Positions 41,699 through 49,773 of a stretch of 64,000 bases of DNA are shown piece by piece. Within the stretch, counting starts at the first letter, position 1; every line of letters starts with the position of its first letter. Under the pieces are notes generated by a model. The model had not been told where the DNA came from and did not search any database. It was given only the letters and a program-made list of their open reading frames with translations. The DNA is taken from positions 293,888-357,887 of the forward strand of contig OZ241330.1 in the NCBI GenBank assembly GCA_965200045.1, written 5' to 3'. This DNA is from Flavobacteriaceae bacterium. Lineage in GTDB: Bacteria > Bacteroidota > Bacteroidia > Flavobacteriales > Flavobacteriaceae. Both the position numbers and the translations under genes were made by a program.

Positions 41699-42564
41699 GA
41701 TTCTGCTTTGATGCGTTTTATTGCAGTTGCTACATATTCCGATGAGGTATCGTACCCCACATAGTTCCTTCCAGAACGAAGTGAGGCTATTGCTGTGGTT
41801 CCTGATCCTATAAAAGGATCCAAAACGATTTCTCCATCAAACGTGTACAATTGAATCAGTCTTCTCGGTAATTCTATGGGAAAAGGTGCTGGATGATGGA
41901 CTCGTTTGGCAGACTCGGTAGGAAATTCCCACACACTTTTGGTGAAGTTTAGAAATTCTTCTTTGGTAATGGTGGATGCTTTGTTTTTGCTTTCTCTATG
42001 GAATTGATCTTTAGAAAAAACAAGTATGTATTCGTGGGTGTCTCTTAATACGGGATTGGATGCCGACTGCCAACTGCCCCAAGCACAAGATACACCGGCA
42101 CTTGCCGATTTATTCCAAATAATTTCTCCTCGCATGAGAAAGCCGATATCGATCATTTGTTTGCTAATCATGGCACTGAGTGGAATGTATGGTTTGCGTC
42201 CAATGTTGGCTACATTGATGCATGCTCTTCCTCCAGGAACAAGCACTCGATAGACTTCTTTCCATACCGAATGCAACAGTTCCAAATATTCGTTTTCGGT
42301 AAGGTTTTCATCGTATGCTTTACCGACATTGTATGGTGGTGATGTTACCATCAAATGAATAGAATTGTCTGGAATTTCGTGCATGGTAACACTAGAACGT
42401 TGGTAGATTTGATTCACTAGATGATGGGGACATATCTCTTCGAACTTTTCTAATTCTAGGGCTTTTGTGTTTCCATTATCATACATTTTTCGGTTGTAAA
42501 AACGAGATGCATCATGGTTCACTCGATTCGAAGTCCCAAAGGTTTGCATTTCGGTGGTTTTCAT
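41695..42564 (-). CDS. DNA methyltransferase, N4/N6 beta-class
   Basis: Motif IV VTSPPYNVGK comes first and motif I DPFIGSGTT is near the C-terminus. Confidence 0.9.
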   Translation of the reverse strand: MKTTEMQTFGTSNRVNHDASRFYNRKMYDNGNTKALELEKFEEICPHHLVNQIYQRSSVTMHEIPDNSIHLMVTSPPYNVGKAYDENLTENEYLELLHSVWKEVYRVLVPGGRACINVANIGRKPYIPLSAMISKQMIDIGFLMRGEIIWNKSASAGVSCAWGSWQSASNPVLRDTHEYILVFSKDQFHRESKNKASTITKEEFLNFTKSVWEFPTESAKRVHHPAPFPIELPRRLIQLYTFDGEIVLDPFIGSGTTAIASLRSGRNYVGYDTSSEYVATAIKRIKAES

Positions 42565-42647
42565 GTTTTAGAATTTTAGTGTTTTCTCACGCTTAAGTTG
42601 ATTCCCTTATTCCCTGACTTTTCTTACTAACAATATTCCTTATGGTT

Positions 42648-44831
42648 TTAAACTAAGAATGCCTTTTTAGTTTCATTAAACGCTCTATACAATTGTTCTG
42701 ATGTTTTCATAAGCCATTCAAAATAAATTTCTTGTTTGGATTTGTCATCTATATTTTCTACATCTGATACACAAAGAATTCTTGAAGCTCTTTTTTCTTT
42801 GAGTTCTTGCCATTGGATTTCTTCTTTAACAAAACTTTCAAAATATTCTCTATTCTGAAACATTTGGTGAAATAACGTCTTTTTCGATGGTATGTAAATT
42901 TCCGCACCAAATCGATTTTTATGATTGCCTTTTAAATACCTTAACAGAACCACAAGAGCTCCTTTTATTTTGTGATTAGGGATCACCAAACTACACCTAG
43001 GGTTTAATATTGCTTTTTCATAAGACAGTTCTGTTCCCCTTTGTCGGGTTTTCGAATAATCTTGGAATCGTTTCCAAAAATCCAAATGTTTTTTTTGAGA
43101 CGCTGAAAGAGTTGAATCTTTTTCATTTAAAGAAAGTTCGGTTGCTTCTTGATTGTCTATATGAGGATATTTCCAAATATTCTTTGCTGTTTGAGATAGT
43201 ATCTCAGCTCGTTTCGTTATCGTGTCTACATTCCAATAATCAATGATCTTCAGAAAATCGTTCAGTCGAAGAGGAGAATGGTTAAATCCATTTTGGTGTT
43301 CCTTTTTGTACTGGAAAGACCTGTTTCCATATTCGGAATTATACCCTGTCAATGTGAGATTTCCAATAGTATTTAAATATTTATTATGTATTCTTTCCCA
43401 ATCTTCTCCTATCATCTCTTTCCAATCATTACTATTTTCAATTTCTTGGGGCATGATGTGCTCTACCGTTAAACGCGGTGGAATTAATCTCTCCCTATTT
43501 CTATCCAATTCCTCTTCCATACGACGTAGGATATAGTTTCGAACATCTTGGATGATGTGATTGGAAGTAAAGTCTTCTAAAAACTGATCATTATTTCGAA
43601 ATTTATTTTTTCCAGAAAGTTTCGTGATTTCAGATTTAAAACTGATGATGTAACGGTTTTTATTAATTTTTGAATACAAGCTGGCAAACACTTGATTGAA
43701 TCCCTCTTTACGTCCAGTAAAAAGGACCTTTCGGATTATAAAACTTTCTATATAATCTAAGATCAATAAAAATTCACTTCTATTGATTATCTCCTTCTGA
43801 TAATCGTCATAGAGACCGAGAAATAAGGGATATGCCTGAGGAATTTTAATGTCTAAACAGCATTGAAATGCCTTATGTAAGTCTCTGTCCTGTTCTTTTC
43901 CAAGAGCAATGTTTAGATAGTATTGTGAAAATACTTGGATCTCTTTAATCAGTTTTATTTTACCTGCTATGTCCGCTACTCTTATGGTATGTTCTTTAAA
44001 ATCTTCGTAAACCCGTCTTTTTTTACCCCTTCCATTTTTGAGAATGAGATATCTCCATACAAACAAAGAAAAATCTTCATTAAACTTGTCACCAAACTCC
44101 TCTTCCATAGGTTCCCATATTTTTTCATGAATCTTTTTCTGTTCGTTTTTTGGCAACCACATGAATAACCAGTTTTTGATTTTTTCAGCATCCGTTAATA
44201 ATTGACCGGTACTATTAATCGTTTCAAACACTAGTTGCGGGTCATCTATGTTTTGTTCTAGTTCTATAGCGACAAGAGATAGTCGGTACAAACCACGATA
44301 CAACCAATCCACATTTTCTTCCTTTATTTCATTAACGAAAAATTGATAACACTGGTACAGTTCTTTTTTTTTATCCTGTTCCGATAGATTCAAATTCTTG
44401 ATTAGTTTGTTAAATACAACATCGTCTCTTTTGCTTAAGATTAATTTTCTTTTATCCTCCTCGGTTGAAATCCGATTAAATAGAAACTCTTCAATCATTT
44501 TTTCGATGACTTCGGAATCGTATCTTCTTGTTGCTTTAAAAAAATTGTATAATGAAAGCACTAGCGTTATTATGGTTGTCAGTCGTTGCTGTCCATCGAT
44601 TAAATGGTAGATTCCAGGACTAGCGTGTCTTCTTGGTCTTTCTACATAATACACTATCGATCCAAGATAATGTTGCGCTTCGGTGTCTTCTTTTTCTCCA
44701 ATAGTCAAAAAATCATCGAAGATTCTTTGCCAATTTTTTTTCGTCCAGGAATACGCCCTTTGATAAATAGGAATTACGTACTGACTACGTTCCTCCATCA
44801 ATCTTAAAACGTCAACTTTTTCTACCTGCAT
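42648..44831 (-). CDS. GmrSD-like type IV (modification-dependent) restriction enzyme: DUF262 + DUF1524 + DUF4268-like tail
   Basis: DUF262 motifs IPIYQRAYSW and IDGQQRLTT. A DUF1524 His-Me-finger region LTVEHIMPQ..IGNLTLTGYNSEYGNRSF. The C-terminal ~150 aa (..HLDFWKRF..AEIYIPSKK..IQWQELKEKRASRI..) resemble DUF4268. Confidence 0.85.
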   Translation of the reverse strand: MQVEKVDVLRLMEERSQYVIPIYQRAYSWTKKNWQRIFDDFLTIGEKEDTEAQHYLGSIVYYVERPRRHASPGIYHLIDGQQRLTTIITLVLSLYNFFKATRRYDSEVIEKMIEEFLFNRISTEEDKRKLILSKRDDVVFNKLIKNLNLSEQDKKKELYQCYQFFVNEIKEENVDWLYRGLYRLSLVAIELEQNIDDPQLVFETINSTGQLLTDAEKIKNWLFMWLPKNEQKKIHEKIWEPMEEEFGDKFNEDFSLFVWRYLILKNGRGKKRRVYEDFKEHTIRVADIAGKIKLIKEIQVFSQYYLNIALGKEQDRDLHKAFQCCLDIKIPQAYPLFLGLYDDYQKEIINRSEFLLILDYIESFIIRKVLFTGRKEGFNQVFASLYSKINKNRYIISFKSEITKLSGKNKFRNNDQFLEDFTSNHIIQDVRNYILRRMEEELDRNRERLIPPRLTVEHIMPQEIENSNDWKEMIGEDWERIHNKYLNTIGNLTLTGYNSEYGNRSFQYKKEHQNGFNHSPLRLNDFLKIIDYWNVDTITKRAEILSQTAKNIWKYPHIDNQEATELSLNEKDSTLSASQKKHLDFWKRFQDYSKTRQRGTELSYEKAILNPRCSLVIPNHKIKGALVVLLRYLKGNHKNRFGAEIYIPSKKTLFHQMFQNREYFESFVKEEIQWQELKEKRASRILCVSDVENIDDKSKQEIYFEWLMKTSEQLYRAFNETKKAFLV

Positions 44832-44849
44832 AGTGTTTGTTTCCCATGT

Positions 44850-45455
44850 TCAACTTCCCACATACTTCTTCACCTTCGTTACTGTTGCCAAAGAAACTCC
44901 CAAGCGTCCACTAATATCTCTGTAAGACTTTCCTTTTTGCAATAACGAAATGATCTTTTGTGTCTTAGGTTTCTTTAAAAAAGTTTCTCGACTTTCAACA
45001 GAACCGTAGTTTCTACCAAACTTTCCACCTCGTTGTTTGTAAGCTTCCCTTCCTTGACGAATCCGTTCCGAAATAGTGTCTCGTTCCAATTCATAAACAC
45101 TAGCCATGACCGATACCATCATTTTCCATATAGGATTGGGAGAACCATCGGCTTTGCGACTGGGGAGACCCAATTCCTTTACCACAATGTTAATGTGATT
45201 GGCTTCCAAATGATGGATGGTCTGGAGCACATCGGCCGTATTTCTTCCTAATCGGCTGAGATCATCCACCACGATTTCCGTGACTTTCTTTTCTTGGACT
45301 AATTGCCATAACTGAGACGCTTGGGGACGTTCTTTAAAGGGTATCGCACCAGAAACACCCTTGTCAAAAAGCGTTATATCATAAGTGTCTTTGTCGAGGT
45401 CAAATCGCTTGCCTTCTTGTTGGTAAGTGGAGGTTCGGTTATACTTGATATTCAA
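44850..45455 (-). CDS. serine recombinase (resolvase/invertase family)
   Basis: Catalytic region YNRTSTYQQ, ..VVDDLSRLGRNTADVL.. and a C-terminal HTH (KSYRDISGRLGVSLATVTKV). TTG start. Confidence 0.85.
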   Translation of the reverse strand: MNIKYNRTSTYQQEGKRFDLDKDTYDITLFDKGVSGAIPFKERPQASQLWQLVQEKKVTEIVVDDLSRLGRNTADVLQTIHHLEANHINIVVKELGLPSRKADGSPNPIWKMMVSVMASVYELERDTISERIRQGREAYKQRGGKFGRNYGSVESRETFLKKPKTQKIISLLQKGKSYRDISGRLGVSLATVTKVKKYVGS

Positions 45456-45475
45456 TTGAAATGTTTCAAATGAAT
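45450..45475. promoter_or_regulatory. 26-bp imperfect palindrome overlapping the recombinase start codon (candidate recombinase binding/crossover site or operator)
   Basis: attcaattgaaatgtttcaaatgaat has 22 of 26 positions symmetric, with perfect inner arms TTGAAA-TG-TTTCAA. This is the same size class as hix/gix-type sites. Confidence 0.3.
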
Positions 45476-45671
45476 ATCAAAGATATAATTTGAAACAAAA
45501 CAAGGAATAATGAATATTTAACACGCCTTCAAGTGTTACACTTTATATTATTAAAATAAATACGCAAGCATGAGTGTGGGAAATCAAATATGTTTATCCC
45601 ACTTCTGTTATTAGCGTACTAAAAAATAAAGTAGGAAAAATAATTGTTTCTTTCTCTTTTTGTCCTCACAT

Positions 45672-45775
45672 ATAAAAACCTAACCGAAAATTTCACATCT
45701 GAGATTTTAGAATTAGGTGATGAGTGGAATTTGATATTATATTCATTTCGATCAAGTGTTTTTCATTTTGGTGTA
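45672..45775 (+). repeat. copy C of the recombinase-associated repeat
   Basis: ..gagattttagaattaggtgatgagtggaatttgatatt..tttcattttggtg aligns by eye with copy B (gaggtttttagaattcaatgatgggaagattttgatgct..ttcgttttggta). It lies about 250 bp upstream of the intact recombinase gene. Confidence 0.45.
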
Positions 45776-46041
45776 ATTTAATGTCTCCAAAGAATTACAG
45801 TCGAACCTCTTTTTTATAGGGCTTATATACCTGAGTGCACAAAGGGAGCTAAAAAAAAGAAATTATTTTACCTTTTCAGGTGGCGTTGAGAATAGGAGTT
45901 TAGCCAATGCTTCTGGTGATTCAGCTGGTATCGATCGAGATAAGTTAAGTATATCCCTCGTTTTAGGACGGCCACGGGGATTGGATTTTGGTTTGGTTTT
46001 CATATTTACCGCAAATTTAGTGTTTTACTTAAAATTATCTT

Positions 46042-47466
46042 TCACTTCATATAACCTAATTTTTTGTTTTGTCTTCTAAGTCCAGAAAGAGTGTAAATAT
46101 TACTTTTTAGTTTATTACAAGGACCACAAAGTAAAAGTCTATTTGATATATGATTTATACCTCCATCACTTACTGGTATATTATGATCTAATTCTAAGTA
46201 CCTACAATCATTAAAGACTTTATCACATCCTTTACATTGATAACCTTGTTGATCTAATAAATGTTCAAACATTTCTTGACGACTCCATCTTTTACCTGGT
46301 GGTTCTTGAACTTTTACTTTAACTCTTAATTCAGAAGACTCTACCTTTCCATCATCTGTTCTAATTGGAACCTCTTTTTTGAAATGGACTTTTAAACAGG
46401 GAGTGTTTTTTGGAGTCTCTCCATCAATGTAAAAATTTTCATCACGCATTCTAGCTAAAATCACTTCTTCTGTTTTATCCCAAATATCTATTCCAACCCA
46501 TTTTCTACCTAAACTCTCAGCAGCTAAAATTGTTGTCGCACAACCACAAAACGGATCTAATACCATATCGTCAATTTGGGTTGCCGTTTCGATTATTCTC
46601 TTATAAAGTGTCATTGGTTTTTGTGTTGGATACCAAAAAGGCTCTGATGGATCATCACTTTTTCTTCGTTTTCTAATTGGGTTTATATCATTCCAATGAT
46701 CTTCTAATAAACGACCTCTTTCTTTTGATAAGAAAACTTCATCTAAATTCTTTGGAACTCGACCTTGATTCTTTCTAGATTTAAATTCATCAGGTCTTTG
46801 ATTTTTTAATTTTCTATACGTAATTTCTCCCTTTTCATCAAATAATGACCCAAATCTAGATATTGTCGTTTCAGAAAGAGGTCCTCTTGCTAATTTGCCT
46901 ATTCGTTTTTTTTTCGCGTTTTTAGCGTACCAAAAAATAGTATCATGTTTTGTCTTATAATAATCAGTGTTTCTTCCACCCCCGACATCTAAATAACACC
47001 AGACTATTTCATTACAAAAACTTTTTTTTCCAAAAATAGCATCTAATAAAATTTTTATATAATGTCCTACACTATAATCACAATGAAGAAATATGCTTCC
47101 AGTTTCCTTCAATATTCTTTTCATTTCAAGCAATCTTACAGCCATAAAACATAAAAAAGCACCTACGTCTGAGCCAACTTCATTTCTCTCTTTTTTTAGA
47201 TTTTCCTTAGTCTTCTTCATATGAATTTGATTAGCTGCATCGATTACTTCCCAAACATCTCTATAGCTATCATAGATTTCATCTAACCATTCTGACTTCA
47301 CATCTTTTTCCCAAGACCAACGATCTTGAAATCTAGCTGATTTATCTATTCTGTCAGGAGTAGCATGGAAATCCCTTCCTTTCTTAAAGGGAGGGTCTGT
47401 TGCAATTAAATCAACAGACTGATCATTCATCGATCTTAAAAATTTTAAATTATCGCCATGAAACAA
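46042..47466 (-). CDS. DNA methyltransferase (N4/N6 beta-class) fused to a C-terminal HNH nuclease; the natural ATG (47509) is out of frame
   Basis: Motif IV ATDPPF, motif I DPFCGCATT and a C-terminal HNH finger CKGCDK..LELDHNIPVSDGGINHISNRLLLCGPCNKLKSN. The track start is a TTG. The frame stays open upstream through the C9 tract. Confidence 0.85.
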   Translation of the reverse strand: MFHGDNLKFLRSMNDQSVDLIATDPPFKKGRDFHATPDRIDKSARFQDRWSWEKDVKSEWLDEIYDSYRDVWEVIDAANQIHMKKTKENLKKERNEVGSDVGAFLCFMAVRLLEMKRILKETGSIFLHCDYSVGHYIKILLDAIFGKKSFCNEIVWCYLDVGGGRNTDYYKTKHDTIFWYAKNAKKKRIGKLARGPLSETTISRFGSLFDEKGEITYRKLKNQRPDEFKSRKNQGRVPKNLDEVFLSKERGRLLEDHWNDINPIRKRRKSDDPSEPFWYPTQKPMTLYKRIIETATQIDDMVLDPFCGCATTILAAESLGRKWVGIDIWDKTEEVILARMRDENFYIDGETPKNTPCLKVHFKKEVPIRTDDGKVESSELRVKVKVQEPPGKRWSRQEMFEHLLDQQGYQCKGCDKVFNDCRYLELDHNIPVSDGGINHISNRLLLCGPCNKLKSNIYTLSGLRRQNKKLGYMK

Positions 47467-47488
47467 TGTGCGATTTTTCCAATTTTCA

Positions 47489-47497
47489 GGGGGGGGG
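47489..47497 (-). repeat. homopolymeric C9 tract (G9 on the plus strand) at the 5' end of the methyltransferase-HNH gene
   Basis: Counted directly: ..aattttca ggggggggg taaattg.. on the plus strand. Confidence 0.9.
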
Positions 47498-47519
47498 TAA
47501 ATTGCTCATTAATAGATAC

Positions 47520-48521
47520 TTATGACTTTTCTATAGTTTGATAATTCGGATTACTTTTCTTCAGCATTAGATACGTTAACCGTTTTCCTTCAAACCCTGA
47601 AGCCATTTGATTCATTTGCTCGGTCGTGTTCATCCCGCGCACATTATGTCGACCAGCAAATTCCGTCACGTAACGATCCAAATGCCAAGAAGATAGTTTG
47701 TGATAAGTCCCATAATAGCCACGTTTCAATAAAGACCAAAACGATTCAATGCCATTGGTGTGGACATCCCCATTGACCCATTCATTCACTGAATGTTTGA
47801 CTTTTTGGTGCATGTATTCTTTCACTAATTGATTGTACGAAGATAAATCATCGGTAAATACTTCTGTTCCCTTCTCGGTTGTTTCATTGACAAAATCCGT
47901 TAATGTCTTTGTTTTGGTGTTCTCCACCACTTGAGCTTGCACTTGATTGGTTTCCCGATTTTTAGCACCAGCGACAATCGTTTTACCAATAGCACCTCTT
48001 CCCGCTTTTAACTTCTTATCCGCATGTTTGTTTTTCTCTTTGCCGCCCATGTAGGTTTCATCCACTTCGGTTGGTCCAGAAAATAAGCATTGATTCACTT
48101 CCCATGTTTTTCTGATACGATGAGCTAAATGCCATGCAGCTTTCTGTGTAATCCCTAAATCACGATGTAATTTCATGCTAGAGACGCCTTTAATGCCTGT
48201 CGTTAAAATATAAACCGCGATTGCCCAGATACGATAACCCAATTTGGTATCCTGCATCACACTATTCACCCGCACACTAAAACGCTTCCGACAATCTCGA
48301 CAATGATAAGGCATGGATGGATGTTTTGTACCACTTAAAATATTAGTGGATCCACAATGAGGACACTTGGGTTGATGCCCCCATCGTTGAAAAGCAAACC
48401 ATTGTTCTGCTGTTTCATCATCAGGAAACATCTTCAATATCTGGAACCATGAAATCCCTTTGCGATGATACTTTCCTGGGGCGATTCCTTTTTGTTTTTG
48501 AGTTGTTTTTGGTTGATTCAT
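47520..48521 (-). CDS. IS1595-family transposase (zinc ribbon + ISXO2-like DDE domain)
   Basis: ..AEQWFAFQRWGHQPKCPHCGS..YHCRDCRKRFSV.. zinc ribbon, then ..VDETYMGGKEKN.. and ..HTNGIESFWSLLKRGYYGTYH.., typical of ISXO2-like transposases. The ORF is intact at 333 aa. Confidence 0.9.
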   Translation of the reverse strand: MNQPKTTQKQKGIAPGKYHRKGISWFQILKMFPDDETAEQWFAFQRWGHQPKCPHCGSTNILSGTKHPSMPYHCRDCRKRFSVRVNSVMQDTKLGYRIWAIAVYILTTGIKGVSSMKLHRDLGITQKAAWHLAHRIRKTWEVNQCLFSGPTEVDETYMGGKEKNKHADKKLKAGRGAIGKTIVAGAKNRETNQVQAQVVENTKTKTLTDFVNETTEKGTEVFTDDLSSYNQLVKEYMHQKVKHSVNEWVNGDVHTNGIESFWSLLKRGYYGTYHKLSSWHLDRYVTEFAGRHNVRGMNTTEQMNQMASGFEGKRLTYLMLKKSNPNYQTIEKS

Positions 48522-48780
48522 GATATCTATTTTTGTCTATTTGAATGCACAAATATACACTTTTTTCTGAAAGAATCGGTATGAAATCAAAAAAAACAAT
48601 CAATAAATCATCTTTATTTCGACCTACAAAATAGAGGTTATTTGATTTGCCGATAAGATCAATCTAAAAAATCAGTTACTTTTGAGCACTCAGGTATATA
48701 AGCCCCTTTTTTATGTCATGTTGTCATAATTTAAGTTTTTGTTAACATATGGCACGATTTTAGGCAATACACGTTTATAT

Positions 48781-49335
48781 ATGGAGAACCTTATTTCAAG
48801 AGAATTATTATTCAATACAAGACAGAAAAATCTACAGAGATCTAAAAAATTTTATCATAAAGCCATAGAGGGAAGAAAGAGAGAGAAAAAGTTCGATGAA
48901 GTATCCATCTTTCTTTCGCATAAACATGGCGAAACTGAATTAATAGAACAGATAATCGTATTGTTTGAAGACCTTGGGGTTTCTGTTTATATTGATTGGT
49001 TGGATTCAGAAATGCCAAAAACAACGAATGGTTCCACAGCAAAAAGAATAAAAGAAAAAATCCGAAGTTGCGATAAGTTCATCTTTTTAGCAACCGAAAG
49101 GGCCATTTCTTCGAAATGGTGTAATTGGGAATTAGGCTATGGAGATTCTCAAAAGTTCTTCGAGAATATTGCAGTGATACCAATTACAGAAAAACCTAAA
49201 CAAGTCTATTCAGGCAATGAATATTTAGAGATATATCCAATTATTACTTCTCAGAACAGTTATTCTATTGGTGGTGAATTTTATCTTGAATTTGAAGATG
49301 AGAAAACTGAACTTTCAGATTGGTTAAAATCGTAG
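48781..49335 (+). CDS. TIR-domain protein
   Basis: ..VSIFLSHKHGETELIEQIIVLFEDLGVSVYIDW..IKEKIRSCDKFIFLATERAISSKWCNWELGYGD.. is a TIR-type beta-alpha pattern. ATG 48781 is preferred over the track's TTG 48739. Confidence 0.75.
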   Translation: MENLISRELLFNTRQKNLQRSKKFYHKAIEGRKREKKFDEVSIFLSHKHGETELIEQIIVLFEDLGVSVYIDWLDSEMPKTTNGSTAKRIKEKIRSCDKFIFLATERAISSKWCNWELGYGDSQKFFENIAVIPITEKPKQVYSGNEYLEIYPIITSQNSYSIGGEFYLEFEDEKTELSDWLKS

Positions 49336-49338
49336 ATT

Positions 49339-49773
49339 ATGAATAATAACGAGGTATTACACAAAGAAATTGATTTAATTCAAAACGTCATTTCTAGAAT
49401 GGCGAATAACTCCTTTCTTTTGAAAGGTTGGATGGTTGCAATCATTGTTGGGGTTTCAGTATTGACTCATGATTCATTAGTTACTGACGATAGTATTTAC
49501 TTTTCTTTAATTCTTGTTTTACCTGTTTTTGTTTTTTGGTATTTAGATGCATTTTTCCTTCACAAAGAAAAGTGCTATCGAAAACTTTACGAATGGGTTG
49601 TTAAAAACAGACATAAGACAAACAAAAACTTGTACTCTCTTGATTATACCCCTTTTGAAGGCAAAGTAGATTCGATACTAAAAATAATGTTCTCTAAAAC
49701 TTTAAGAGTGTTTTATGTTATACCTATTATCATATTTATAGCAATAATTTTATACAATATTTTAAATGGGTAA
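49339..49773 (+). CDS. small 3-TM membrane protein (candidate effector or anchor of the TIR operon)
   Basis: 144 aa with an N-terminal amphipathic helix and hydrophobic spans GWMVAIIVGVSVL, IYFSLILVLPVFVFWYLDAFFL and YVIPIIIFIAIILYNIL. There is a 3-nt gap to the upstream ORF and an 8-nt overlap with the downstream ORF. Confidence 0.7.
   Translation: MNNNEVLHKEIDLIQNVISRMANNSFLLKGWMVAIIVGVSVLTHDSLVTDDSIYFSLILVLPVFVFWYLDAFFLHKEKCYRKLYEWVVKNRHKTNKNLYSLDYTPFEGKVDSILKIMFSKTLRVFYVIPIIIFIAIILYNILNG

Larger units (their letters stand above)
45818..48706 (-). mobile_element. IS1595-family transposon (2889 bp) carrying a methyltransferase-HNH passenger gene
   Basis: The 26-bp terminal inverted repeats agggcttatatacctgagtgcacaaa (45818..45843) and tttgagcactcaggtatataagcccc (48681..48706) match at 24 of 26 positions. 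A perfect 8-bp target duplication ttttttat lies at 45810..45817 and 48707..48714. Confidence 0.85.
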
